Source: Geosiphon pyriformis uo1
Lineage: Eukaryota > Fungi > Glomeromycota
Direction: 5' to 3'
Assembly: GCA_016748015.1 (NCBI GenBank)
Contig: JAAOMT010000303.1
Coordinates: forward strand, 434,001-498,000
Length of the DNA stretch: 64,000 nt
Part shown: positions 26,005 through 39,154 of the stretch, in pieces
Numbering within the stretch: position 1 is the first letter of the stretch
Layout: the number at the start of each line of letters is the position of its first letter
Made by a program: the position numbers and the translations under genes
The notes under the pieces: generated by a model
The model's input: only the letters and a program-made list of their open reading frames with translations
Databases searched by the model: none
What the model was told of the DNA's origin: nothing

Positions 26005-28698
26005 TTACTGAATGGTAAGTCTAAATAGAGTGTTGGCATTTTGATAATTTGCTCCTTTGTAGTGTTGAATATCATAGTCAAATTCATCCAAGTGAAGTAT
26101 CCAGCAAGTTATTTATTTGTGTTTCAGCTTCTTTTTTTTGCACAGCCAAACCAAGGCTTGATGATCTGTTACCATTAAAAATTTTGCACCAAGAAGATAT
26201 TGATCCCAATAGTTAGTAGCCCAAACTACTGCTAAACATTCTTGTTTAGTAATTGAATAAATCTTTTCTGCTGGAGTAAGAGATCTACTGGCATATGCTA
26301 TGGCATGTTCTCTGCCATTTTCATCTTTTTGTGAAAAAACAGTACCAAGTCTATAGCCAGATATATTAGTGTGGAGGATAAAAGGTTGGTCCAGATCAGG
26401 TTGTTTGAGAATTGGTTCAGTAACAAGTTTTTCCTTCAAAAATTCAAAAGCTTTTTGTTGATGAGTGTCCCAATAATAATTGACATTTTTCTTGAGTAGC
26501 TGATTGAGAGGAAAGGCAATTTTAAAGAAATTCTTGATAAATTTGTGATAGTAAGAGGCCAAACCAAGAAAAAAGCATAGTTCAGAAACATTCATTGATT
26601 GTCTAATGTTTTGAACTTTTTCAACTTTAGCTGGGTCAGGAAAAATTCTATCTTTTGTAACAAGATGACCAAGAAATTGGGTGGATTGGCATTCAAAGAA
26701 AGATTTGATTGGGTTGATCTTAAGACCAGCATTTCTGAGCAGGTCAAAAATCTTCTGTAAATGTTTAAGGTGTTCATTCCAGGTTTTTGAGTAGACTATT
26801 ATGTCATCTAAGTAGATCAGTATAAAGTTTTCTTTTATTAATTCAAATACTTTGTCTATTAGGCATTGAAAAGTGGGAGGAGTATTGGTAAGACCAAAAG
26901 GCATAACTGTGAATTCATAAGTGTCATACTTGGTAATGAAGGCAGTTTTTTTTCTGCTTTCTGGATCCATCTTTACTTGCCAGAATCCAGCAGTTAAGTC
27001 AATGGTTGAAAAGAAAGCAGCACTATTGAATTTATTTAGCATTACATCAATTTTGGGGAGTGGGTATATGTTTCTTATAGTGATGGCATTTAATTGGCAG
27101 TAGTCAACACAGAAGCATAGAGTTCCATCTTTCTTAGATACTACTACAACTGGAAAAGCTCATTCATTCTTGGTTTTTTATATGAATCTAAGATCTTTCA
27201 TCTGGTTTATCTCTTTCTTGATAAACTCATCATTGTGTCAATTGAATTGGTAAGGCTTTAAATGGATGGGGTGAATTTCTTTGGTGGTGATAGTGTGTTG
27301 TATCACATAAGTTCATCCAGTGATGTCACCTTCTTTTGAGATAACTGGGCTATTTCTAGCCAACAAATTTTCAATGTTCACTTTTTTTTCTTCAGAGAAA
27401 GGTTCTCTTTGTTCTATAACTAGTGATTGGATTTCAGATAGTTCATTCTCAAAGAACTTTTATACTTTTTTAAGTTCTTTTCGAGGTATTAAACTAATTG
27501 GTTCTCAATCTTTGTAATAGATTAGACAGGATTTGTATTTATCACTTGGTAAATACAAAGGTTTATTGCACCAGCACCATACACAAGAGCCATGCCACCA
27601 ATAACTGTATTTGGCTTTCTTATTAGGTTTTCTGTCAAAGATTCTTCTGAGAATATCATAATAGGGCCAGCAGATTAGCTTGCCATTTACCATAATTCTT
27701 TCTTTGTCAGCTTTAACATTGTCTAGTGGCTTGCCATTGCTAGTAAAGATGGTATAAGTGAGTTTAGTAATTTCTTTTTGTTCTTCTTGATCTTTTTTAT
27801 CATTGTTCTTATTATCATCTAATTCATTTGATTGTTTTTCTTCTTGGTTCTGTTTGGTTGTTGGAGAAGTTGTCCAATGATGGCATTTAACCACAATGGG
27901 TTTTTCACCATATCTGATAGTTAGCTTACACAGTTTATAGTCAAGTAGTGCTTTGGCTTTCTTAAGCTATTTATTACCAATAATGATAGTATACTCTTTT
28001 GCTTCAGATACTTCCATATCTGTTTCAATGCTGATACCATTGATACAGACAGGAATAGCTTTGGCTATGCCCAGGCCTTTCTTCTTGTCACCATGTACAT
28101 TGGTCATTGGTCTTGTAGAAAGCTTATCAATTTTTCTGCCAATTGCTTCAAGAAAGTGTTTGGCAATTACACTAACAGATGATCCACTGTCTAGGATCAG
28201 GTCAATAAAATAACCAGCCACTTGGGCTTTACAAATCAGAGGAGTGACATTGCTGTTGTCAGTAAGTCCAGCTTGGTAAAAGCATTTGTTGATTTTTGGT
28301 GTCTTCTTCTTTGGTATCAATGATTTGTGAAAATCTTTTCTGAACTGTAGATGGGTCATCAATTGGCCAAATATAATGTGCACAGGCATTTCCATAAGAT
28401 CCTTGACAACAAAATAGAGTCCAAATTTTTGTACAATTTTTGGGGGTTCTAACTTTGGAGGATTTTTAAAAACCTTAACCTTTAGTAATTCATTGTTATT
28501 AGCAGTTGATGTAGAGGATTTCTTTGGATCTAGAACGAAATCAACCTTGGCTTTTTTCTTCTTTCTTGTTAATTCAGAGATGTTGATTGCTAATTTATCC
28601 ATGTCATGGTCATCATCAGTTAGGTTAAAAGCATAAAAGGAGTTTTTTTCTGGTTGGCTTGCATTTTCACCCTTTGAAGGTGCACTTACCAGTTTAAA
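26005..28698 (-). pseudogene. pol (protease, Cys-rich linker, RT, RNase H) of A2
   Basis: ORFs 27967-28602 (LILDSGSSVS), 27505-27894 and 26113-27042 (DLTAGFWQ, PFGL, YLDD, AYASR). Confidence 0.9.
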
Positions 28699-28700
28699 GG

Positions 28701-31216
28701 CTAATAAACAGTGGCTTCAACCAGGGGATCTTCTTCAAAGAAATTGATGTTAGCATAATTGGGTCTTTGATTGGGGACATTATTGTTGCTGGTTCTGTTG
28801 TTTTGATTGTCATTATTTCTAGAAGCTGGAGGAGGCAGGGGAGGATTGTTACAATTTCTCAAAAAATGTCTAGTTAATTCACAATGGTAACATACAGATG
28901 AGCCACGATTTTGTTGTCTTTGATATGAGGATTGCTGGGGTTGATTAAAACGGGATTCGAATCTGAGTCTTTGGGATTGTTGATTCTCTCTGACAGCTTG
29001 GTTTAAGAGTTCTAGTAATTGGGCAAGATTAGCTGTAAGTCTATCTATTAACTGTTCATTTGAGTCTTGAGTTTGGGCAGCAAAAGAGACAGTAGCCATT
29101 TGTAAAGCTGGAGTCATAACAGGAGTAAAAGCAAAAATTGGAAGTGTAGATCCCAAATACATTCTTTGGTTATCTTCAATTTTTTGTGCCAATTCAATAG
29201 CCATGTCCATTGTTGGGTTGTTTTTTAAAGCCAAGAGAGGCCAAAAAGCATACGATAGATCAGTTTTTAATCCTTTTGTGAAGGAATAGATCTTTTGTTC
29301 TTCTGTTCAGTTTCTCCCAAAGTCTACATATTTGATTAGCTTTCTGATAGCTTTGGCATATTCAGTTACTACTTCTCCAGGGTCTTGGGTTCTTCTTTTC
29401 AATTCCATGTGCCATTTGGATATTAATATTGGGGTTCTGAACTTGGCCTCAAACTGAGTGGTGAAAGAGGTATTTTCTTCTCCAGCATTGTTTGGTGTCT
29501 ATCTGATTATTCTGTGTTGAGCATTGGCATCTGTTTCTTGTGAAAACCAGGTAGCAGGAGAGCCTTAAAGGTAGCCACCAATGGTTTGGAACTTGTATTC
29601 TTCATCATACTGGTTGGCTGTGGCAGTTCTCTCAAAATCATCCAACCATTCAATTGAATCTTGTGTATTATCTCTAAATAATGGTAGTAAAGTATTGTTT
29701 TTTCTTCCTAGAGCAGTTTGTATACCTTGGAGGGTGGCCAGAATGTTTGCTTGTATGGGGTTATTAGCCATTGGTTCAAAGATAACTGTTTGTGTAGATG
29801 AGTCTAATTCACTTGATAAAAGATCAAAAACAGGGGCAGTTTGGTAGCTTTCTTCTTCTGTTTCAAAGGGAGTTTCAGTTGCTTGATAGGCAGCAATCCA
29901 AATGTAGATTTGATAATTCAGATATTCGAAATCAGAGGGCTGTTGTTCAAAGGTTGCAGAATATAAGAGCTGATTGATACTGTTGTTTTTTTTTTCAAAG
30001 TTGTCTTCAAAATAAGCTTGGTCAAAGTAATAGATTGTATAAGCTGTGTAGGTTTCAGCTGAATGCTCATTCAGAAACCAGTTCCAAAAGTCTTGGAATT
30101 GTCTACTGGATTGTTTTTCAATGGAAAAGCAAATCAAGCAGGAGGGCAAAGGATTGAGTTCAATAAAGTCTAGATTGTTTTTGTTGTGTGCTGTTACTGG
30201 AGGTTTTTGGTCTCTTTTCTTAAATATTGGTAATGTTGATTTGCTGTGAATTCACATTTTCAGAAAGTAGTTGAACCTCCAATAACTGAATTTATCTTCA
30301 AATTATTTTCTATAATTTGAACTTGCTGGGCTTATAAGTGGAATGGCCAATTTCATGCCAGTTACTTTATGTAGTTATGTTGTAGTAAACGTCAACTCTT
30401 TCCCAGGAATTGCTCATCTGGAAGCTCACTAAAATGTATAGTTACTTTGCTGTGAAAGTCAACTCTTCTATAGGAATCTTGTTTGTAGGCTACTCTAATA
30501 ATTGTAATAAGAAAAGAAAAGAAAAAGAAAAGAAATGTAAAAGAAATAGAATTTTGTCAAGAGAAACGTTTTCTATTCAGGCCTGGAGTTACTAACAGTT
30601 TACTGAAATTGGTAGCTAATCAATTTCAAAACGTTAGTTGGGTTTTGAGAATTTTTCAAGTGCAATAATTTAAAGAGTTTGGTTTTTCGAATTTATTTGA
30701 TATTTATTTCTTTTTGTGTGTGTAGGAATGGTTCTAAGTGATAAATCTAAAGTAAGATACATTTTCCAGAAGAGAAAAGCTCTTCTTTTATACAACTTGT
30801 TGTAGTACTAGTCTATGAACTTGCACTTTTTCTCTTTGCTCAAATTTCGGCAAACTAAAGATACATTTTGATGAACTACAAGTTATTTCGCTGAATTATT
30901 GTTTAATTTGGGTGAACTATTCATAATTTCGGCAAATTTCTTTAAATTTCGGCGAATTTTTGAATGTTACAAAGTTCAGGATATTGTGTAATTTGATCAT
31001 CCTACTTTCTGTTATACTAATTAGATTATTTTAATTGAATCGTAATATGTGATAATTGATTAAATAATAAATGATAATTTGAAATAATATTAATATACTA
31101 ATGAATTATAGGAATTATAAGAGTAATTTCATGCTAATTAATATCTAAAATTCTTCTGGTAACAGTGCTTTAAAGTGTTCTTCTGATTGTTGTAACAGGT
31201 ATGAATAATCACTCAT
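28701..31216 (-). pseudogene. gag of A2 (interrupted by solo LTR-B)
   Basis: Capsid-like PLFR..QDSIEWLDDFERTATANQY and a CCHC knuckle; ends EATVY-TAG. Confidence 0.88.
30192..31164 (-). mobile_element. Solo LTR of family B, TSD GTGC
   Basis: TGTTAC...GTAACA termini; GTGC at 30188-91 and 31165-68. The empty site is visible in A4 at ~51730-51750. Homologous to 4301-5282. Confidence 0.92.
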
Positions 31217-31246
31217 ACAATAGAAAACAAAGTGGATTTTGACAAT

Positions 31247-31262
31247 CTTACAGAGAGCACCA
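31247..31262 (-). promoter_or_regulatory. Primer-binding site of A2
   Basis: Reverse complement TGGTGCTCTCTGTAAG, 6 nt inside the 5' LTR; identical in A4. Confidence 0.75.
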
Positions 31263-34200
31263 CTTTTATGTTATGGGTTGAAGTAACAAGTTAACAGATA
31301 GTAAGAAAAAACAGGATTGTAGGGTGATGGAAATAATTGAAGAGAATTCAAATTCAAAGAGTGAATTGAATAAGTATGGATTTAATGTGTGAGATCAGTC
31401 TCATAAAATATCTCAGTTGCTATGCTTTTCAAAAGATAACTAGGGAATCTGAAGGTAGAGAGATAGTCCATACTGTCAACAAATAATCACACTTGGTATA
31501 ATTCTATGTCTCACATTGGTGCTCTTAGAATTCAATATCAAGTATTAGATATGCTCTTCAGTCATGTTTTATTCAATAATCTTCAAATACTGCAATTACA
31601 CATTTCAAAAAAAGGGTAAGAAATAACCAACAAGTAATCTTCTATCTTTAAGATGTTCAGATACTTGAAAGTAGGGAAAGAAAAATTAGCGATAAGAGAA
31701 GGATTGAGATGAAGTTGTTATTTTATTTCTTTATTTCTTTTGATTCTTACATATTTTTCTACAGGTAAAAGATTTATTGCTTATATAGCTATCAAAAGTG
31801 GTCAATGATCAGGTCAACAGTTAGGTTAATGATCAAGTCAATGATCACTTTCTAAAAATAGAGTGGCTAATTTATATAACATCAGTGGCTAATACATATA
31901 ATAATTAATAAGAAGTATAAGTTTCAACCATAATAGTAGTTAACACAGAAGTATAGAGTTTTACTTTTTTTGGATATTACTACAACTGGGAAAACCCATT
32001 TACTCTTAGTTTCTTGTATAAATTCAAGATTTTTTATCTGGTTTATTTCTTTTTTGATGAACTCATCATTGTGTTAATTGGATTGATAAGGCTTCAAATA
32101 GATGAGACAAATTTTTTTGGTGGTAATGGTGTGTTGTATCACATAAGTTCATCCAGAGGTGTTACCTTCTTTTAAAATAACTGGGCTATTTCTAGCTAAC
32201 AGATTTTCAATATCTATTTTTTTTTTTAGGAGAAGGTTTTCTTTGTTCTACAACTAGTGATTAGATTTCAGATGGTTTATTCTCAAAGAACTTTTGTATT
32301 TTTTTAGTTTTTCTCTGAGTATTAAACTAATTGGCTCACAATTTTTGTAATAGATCAGACAGAACTTGCATTTGTTACTAGAGGAATACAAAAATTTATT
32401 GCACCAACATCTGACACAAGAACCATGCTACCAATGGCTGTATTTGGCTTTCTTGCCAGGTTTTCTATCAAAGATTTTTCTGAGATTAGCTTGTTATTTA
32501 TCATGATTTCTTTTTTGTCAGCTTTAATATTGTCTAGTGACTTGTTATTGCTGGTGAAGATGGTATAAATGAGTTTAGCAGTTTTTTTTTGTTCTTCTCA
32601 TTATTATTTGATTCATCTGATTGTTCTTCTTTTTGGTTCTGTTTGGTTACTAGAGGAGTTGTTTAATGACAGTACTTAACTACAATGAGTTTTTTACTAC
32701 ATCTAATAGTTAATTCACAAAGTTTATAATTAAGTAGTGCTTTGGCTTTCTTAAGCCACTTATTACCAACAATAATAGTGTACTTTTTTGTTTTAGATAC
32801 TTTCATGTCAGTTTTGATACTAATGCCATTGATGCAAACAAGAATAGCTTTAGCTATATTTAGGCCTTTTTTCTTGTTACCATGTACATTGGTTATAGGT
32901 TGGGTGGAAGATTTATCAATCTTTCTTTCAATGGCTTCCAGAAAGTGTTTGGCAATTATACTAACAGATAATCTACTGTTTAGAATCAAGTCAATAAAAT
33001 AACCAGCCATTTGGGTTTTGCAAATAAGAAGGGTAACATTGCTGTTGTTAGCAAGTCCAGCTTGGCAAGAGTGCTTATTGGTTTTAGATGTTTTCTTTTT
33101 TGAAATCAATGATTTGCAAAGATCTTTTCTAAACTGTAGATGAATCATTAGTTGGCCAAATGTAATGTATACTGGAGTTTTCATGAGACTTTTAACAACA
33201 GAATAAGGACCAGATTTTTGTACAATTTTTGGGAGTTCCAACTTTGGAGAATTCTTAAAAACTTTAGTCTTTAGTGGCTTATTGTTATTAGCAGTGGAAG
33301 TTGAGGCTTTGTTGAGATCTAGAATGAAATTAATTTTGGCTTTCTTTTTTTTTTGTTGAGTCAGAGGGGTTGATTGTCAGTTTATCCATATTATAATCAT
33401 CATTAATTATGTTAAAAGCATAAAAGGAGTTTTTTTTTGGTTGGCTTGCACTTTCACCCTTTGGAAGTGTGCCTACCAGTTTAAAGACTAATAAACAGTA
33501 GTTTCAACTAAGAAATCCTTTCCAAAGAAATTGATGTTAGCATGATTGGGTCTTTGATTGGAGACATTGTTGTTGATGGTTCTGTTGTTTTGATTATCAT
33601 TGTTTTTATAAGCTAGAAGTGGCAAAAAAAAATTGTTGCAATCTCTTAAGAAATGTTCAATTAATCTACAATGATAGCACACAAGTGGGCCACAATTTTG
33701 CTGTCTTTGATAAGAGAGCTGCTGAGACTAATTGAAACATAATTCAAATCTAGGTCTTTGTGGTTGCTAGTTGTCTTTGACTGTTTGGGCTAATGGTTCT
33801 AATAGCCGAACAAAATTTGCTATAAGTTTATCTATTAACTGTTCATTAAAGTCTTGAGTTTGGGCAGCAAAAAAGATAGCAGTCATTTGTAGAACAGGAG
33901 CCATAACAAAAGCAGAAGCAAAAACTGGTAGTGTAGATTCTAAGTACATTCTTTGGTTATCTTCAATTCATTGGACAAGTTTAATGGTCATGTTTATTAT
34001 AGAATTATTTTTCAGGACCAAAAGAAACCAAAGAGCATATGAGAGATCAGTTCTCAATTCTTTTGTAAAGAAATAAATTTTCTGTTCTTCTGTCTAGTTT
34101 TTTCCAAAGTCTATTCATTTAATTAGTTTTTTAATAACTTTGGCATATTTAGTCACAACTTTACCAGAGTCTTAAATTCTTTTTTCTAATTCCATATGCC

Positions 34201-36526
34201 ATTTGGATATCAAGATAAAAGTTCTAAATTTCATTTCAAACTGAGTAGTAAAAAAGGTATTATTTTTTTCAGTATTTGCTGGTATCCATCTAATAATTTT
34301 TTGCTGAGCATTGGCATTGGTTTTTTGTGAGAACCAAGTAGCTGAAGAGTCCTGAAAATAGCCACCAATAATTTGGAACTTGTATTCATTATCATATTAG
34401 TTGGCTGTGGCAGCTTTTTCAAAGTCATCTAACTATTCAATTGGATTTTAGGCATTATTTCTAAATAATGGTAATGGAATATTGTTTCTTTATCCTAAAG
34501 CAGTTTGTATGTCTTGGAAGGCAACCAAAATGTTTTGTTGTATAAGGTTTTGAGCCATTGGTTCAGGAATAACTGTTTGTGTAGAATGTTTTGATTCACT
34601 TGAGAAGAAATCAAAAACAAGAACAGTTTGATAGCTTTCTTCTTCTGTTTCAAAGAGTGTTTTAGCTAGCTAATGAGCAGCAATCCAAATGTAAATTTGA
34701 TGATTCAGGTATTCAAAATCAGGAAGCTGTTGTTTAAAGATTGTGGAATATAAAAACTAATTAATGCTGTTATTTTTTTTTCAAAGTTGTTTTTAAAATA
34801 AGCTTGGTTAAAGTAATAAGTTGTATAGGCTGTGTAAGTTTTAGCTGAATGCTTATTTAAGAACCAGTTTCAAAAGTTTTGAAATTGTTTACTGAATTGC
34901 TTTTCAATAGGAAAGCAAATCAAGCAGAAAGGCAAAGAATTAAGTTCAATAAAGTCTAGATCATTTTTGTTGTGCCAGGTATAAATAATTATCCATATAA
35001 TAGAAAACAAAGTGGATTTTGATAACTTTACAGGAAACACCATTTTTATATTATGGGTTGAAATAACAAGCTAACAGATAGCAAGAAAGAACAAAATTAT
35101 AGAGTAATAAAAAGAATTAAAGAGAATTCAACTTCAAAGAACGAATTGAATAAGTATAAATTCAATGTGTGAGATCAGTCTCATAAAATATTTCAGTCGC
35201 TATACTTTTCAAAAAATAACCAGGGAATTTGAAGGTAGAGGAATAGTTCATACTGTTAACAAATAATTACACTTACATAATCTTATGCCTCATGTTAGTG
35301 CTCTTAGAATTCAATATTAGGTATTAGATATACTCTTTAGTTATATTTTATTCAATAATCTTCAAATGCTGCAATTATATGTTTCAGAAAAAGGATAAAA
35401 AATAACCAACAAGTAATCTTTTATTCCAAGATGTTTAGATACTTGAGAGTAGGAAAAAAAAAATTAGCAATAAGAGAATAATTAAGATAAAAGTTGTTAT
35501 TTTTATTTATTTTCTTTTTTTTGATTCTTACATGATTTTCTACAGCTAAGAAATTCATCACTTATATAGCTATTAAAAGTGGTTAATAATTAGGTCAACA
35601 ACTAGGTCAATGATCAAGTCAATGATCAAATTAATAATCAGATCAACTGTCAAGTTATTGATCAGGTTAATAATTATTATCTAAAAATAGAATAGCTAAT
35701 TATATAACATCAGTGACTAATACATGTGATAATTAATAAGAAGTATAGGTTTCAACTGTAACAATATTAAACAATTAAACCATTCTATTTGATAATACAG
35801 CCACTATATTACTAAATAAGTCTAATATTAAACCACTATTTTTGACTAGCTTAGTCTTTTTTATATCTACTCTATATTCAAATTTTACAAATTATAATTT
35901 TGAACAATATAATTTTACTAGTTGTTTAATATATTCAACAATAGAAAAACAGTTTTTTTTTTTTAAAAGCCACAACAGTTTTTATGCACCAATCTCTCAA
36001 TATAAATTTTTTGTAAACTATTACATACAAATTCACATCTAATAAACACATAAAAAAAGTTTTTAAAAAAGCAGAAATAAAAAAAATGTAAATATTTGTC
36101 AATAAAATCTACTATTTAAAAGTTTTTGCCAAAATTTTTTTTATAAACACTAATATTTTTAATACAAATAAAACCATAATTTAGCAGCTCTACTTTATTA
36201 CATAATAAATACAATATACTTAAATATGTTCTATTATAAATTTTTTTCTAATTATTATTGACAGTTATTTATACACAGTTTTTATCAGATATATGTACAG
36301 ATTGGTAAATTTCTTATTAATAAATTCAGAAAACATATACAAATCAAGATGCCATATTTTTACAGTAGCTAATCAATTCACCTTTTTAATTAATACATTT
36401 GGAATTATATTATAGCCAAAATTAGCTTCTTAATAAGCATAACAAATAAATTTATACAAATTACAAATAAAATAACAAGTATTGTCAAATACAGTTGTGT
36501 TTTTAGCCACCAAAAAATGTTTATAT

Positions 36527-37326
36527 TGTTACAGGTAATTATTTGGGGTTTCAAAGCAAATAACAAACCTGTAACTTGGTGCTCAATTGGTTTAATAATG
36601 TTGGTTTCTGAAGGTTATTTATATCTGAAAGTTTTTGTTGGTTGAGTCCTTTGTATAATGAACAGAGATTCAATTATTGTCTTCTTAGTAGTCTCTCGGA
36701 ATTGCAATTCCATCAAATTTTTTTTTCAGCATGGTGGCCAGTAATCTGGCAGAGATGTCCTTCTGGTAAGCTATCCTTAAATTCTCAATGTTATACCCTT
36801 CCTTTGGAGTCTTTTACCAGACTATCCTTGATGTTAGTAACTCAGTGCTTTATTTTTTTAATCAATTAGTATACAACCAGAAATAACAAAACAAAAAAAA
36901 AATAAAAGAAAATAAAATAAAGAAATAAGCCAAGACAATAAATGTTAGTATTTTGTTAATAGCCATAATTAAGAGCTATTGTTCTAGTGTAATTAAGTAT
37001 CAATTACTATTAACATGAAGTGTTGATAATAAAGTAATTTTGAAATAGTAAATAGTTATTTATTGATATTTGTAATGTAGAAGATTGTTTAGATTAAATC
37101 TAAACTGAAAAGTCTGTTCTTTTTTGCTTTTAATGCTACTGCTATATATACCTAATTTATGTTCTATGAGATTGCTCACATTCTTAAATGATATGCTATG
37201 ATTTCTTGAGCAATGTGCCGTAATTTCTGATATTGCTCTATATTGCTGAGCAATGTGCTCATATGCTAACTACTACTTCTTTATTGGTCTACTATTTTCT
37301 ATATTTGTTTTTCTTTATAAATAATA
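36527..37326. mobile_element. Solo LTR family C, copy 1 (TSD ATAT/ACAT)
   Basis: Starts TGTTACAGGTAATTATTTGGGG, ends TTTATAAATAATA; homologous to 37657-38598. Confidence 0.75.
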
Positions 37327-37656
37327 ACATACTCTAATCAACAAAGAAAAAAAAGAGTAAGTGATCTTACCTGTTATTATGTCAGTCTTAATATTGTCTA
37401 AAATTTTTAAGTGATCTTTAATCTTTATTCATTTAATTAAAAGATTTTTATTCTTAATCAAATTAGCAATATGTCTTTTTTTTACTTAATATTAGTTATA
37501 AAAGTCCAGTACAATAAACAAAATTTCAAACACATATGCATTAATAGCAGCCTGATTATTCAGGTGTAAAATCATCACACAAAAAAATAGAATACATTTT
37601 AAAAACAAAGCAACAGTCTGTAATTTGGTTATAATAAAAAACAGAAGCCTATATAT

Positions 37657-38598
37657 TATTACAGATAATTATTTAGGGTGCTAGAACAAATAACAAATCT
37701 GTAACTTGGTGCTCAATAGCTTGGTAATATTGGTAATTTTTGAAGATTTTGAAGTCTAAAAATTTTGGTTGAGTCTTTTCTATAATAAACAAAGATTTAA
37801 TTAATAATTTCTTTCATGAATTTTTTTTTCAATATGATAGCTGGTTTAATCTAACAGTTATGCTTTTTTGGTAAGCTATTCTTAAATTTCTACTTTTATT
37901 TTTGGGTCTTTTCCTAAACTATCCTTAATGTTAAATACTTAGCACTTTATCTCTTTAATTAATTAATAAACAACAAAAAAATAAAACAAAAGAAATAAAA
38001 AAATAAAAGAAAATAAAAAAATAAAATAAAAAATTAGTATTCTGTTAATAGCTGTGATTAAGAGCTATTGGTTCAGTATAGTTAAATATTGGATTCTATT
38101 AACATAGAGTATTAATAAAGTAAAAGTGATTAATATTTCTTAATTAAGTAATGATAATATGGATTTAAATAATAATTAATATTTTATTAATATGTGATTT
38201 AATTTTATTTTAAGTTGTAGAAAACTATTTTTTAAAGGGAGAGATATTGAGTAATTAATGAATTCTAACTGATTGTTAGTATCAATTCTGTTTTTTCTGT
38301 TTCTAATACTTTTACTATATATACATAATTCTTGTTATACAAGATTTTATATTTTTTTAAGAATGTGTCTTATTTTTTTTGACAATATGCTTATTGTTAA
38401 ACAATATGCCATAATTTTCTAATAATGTGTTTATTGTTAAATAGTATGCCATAATTTATTAACAATATGTACATTGTTAAGCAATGTATTATAATTTTTT
38501 AATATTGTGCTCTCTTATTAAGTCCTATTTTTCTATTGGTCTATTTTTCTATCTGTTTTTTCTACTTTTTTTCTTTTGTACTTTTTTTATAAATAACA
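37657..38598. mobile_element. Solo LTR family C, copy 2 (TSD ATAT)
   Basis: TATTACAGATAATTATTTAGGG...TTTATAAATAACA flanked by ATAT; internal ~40-bp repeats at 38380-38500. Confidence 0.78.
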
Positions 38599-38694
38599 AT
38601 ATCTTAATACCTATATTTATATTTATAGTTAAAAGTAAGCTACAGCTTTATTAACAATTCCAGCAAAATTAGTATTTTTCAAAAACTTATCTGT

Positions 38695-39154
38695 TATTAT
38701 AAATAATTATTTAAAATATTAAAATAAATAACAAACCTATAACTTAATACTTAATAACTAATTTTAATGTAAATTTTGAAGATTTTTGAGTTGAGTTCTT
38801 TGTATAATAAACAGAAATTTACTTGGTAGTTGTTTTTTCATATTTTTTTTCAATATAGAAACCAGTTTAATTTGGGTATTGTGTCCTTTTAGTAAATTAT
38901 TCTTAAGTTTTTATTCTTGTTTTACAGATTTTTTATCAAACTATTCTTAATGTTAATATTTTAACATTTAATCTCTTAATTAATTAGTAAACAACAAAAA
39001 AACAAAAAAAATATATAAAAAAATTAAAAAATTAATATTCTGTTAATAATTATAATCAAAAGCTATTGTTTTAGTATGATTAAGTCTTAGATTCTATCAA
39101 TATAAATTGTTAATAATATAAAAATAATAAGTATTCTTAATTTATTAATTATGA
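38695..39154. mobile_element. LTR family C, copy 3, truncated by an LTR-A variant
   Basis: AAATAACAAACCTATAACTT matches copies 1 and 2. Confidence 0.7.

Larger units (their letters stand above)
23293..31935 (-). mobile_element. Ty3/Gypsy family A copy A2, full length (LTRs 23293-23959 and 31269-31935), inserted in the RT of A1, TSD GTAG
   Basis: GTAG at 23289-92 and 31936-39. Removing A2 restores the RT sequence seen intact at 27092-27115. gag CYHCELTRHFLRNC, protease ILDSGS, RT IYLDD, RNase H TDHQAL, integrase HH-CC and IDVV. Confidence 0.95.
19398..35763 (-). mobile_element. Ty3/Gypsy family A copy A1, full length (3' LTR 19398-20162, 5' LTR 35049-35763), TSD ATAT, interrupted by A2
   Basis: TGT...ACA outer termini flanked by ATAT (19394-97 and 35764-67). 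Contains gag, protease, RT, RNase H, integrase and ORF3 remnants; PBS remnant at 35027-35042. Confidence 0.93.
35768..38694 (-). mobile_element. Eroded LINE ORF2 3' part (RNase H/Zn finger region), split by solo LTR-C insertions
   Basis: Minus-strand remnants TDKFLKN (38694), NQAAINA (~37555) and KIKDHLKILDNIKTD (~37400) mirror the LINE1 RNase H motifs in order. Confidence 0.6.

Noticed and set aside
36527-38598. A TRIM-like mini element bounded by two LTR-C copies
   Set aside because: Each LTR has its own TSD and the intervening DNA is LINE RNase H sequence with no PBS or PPT.
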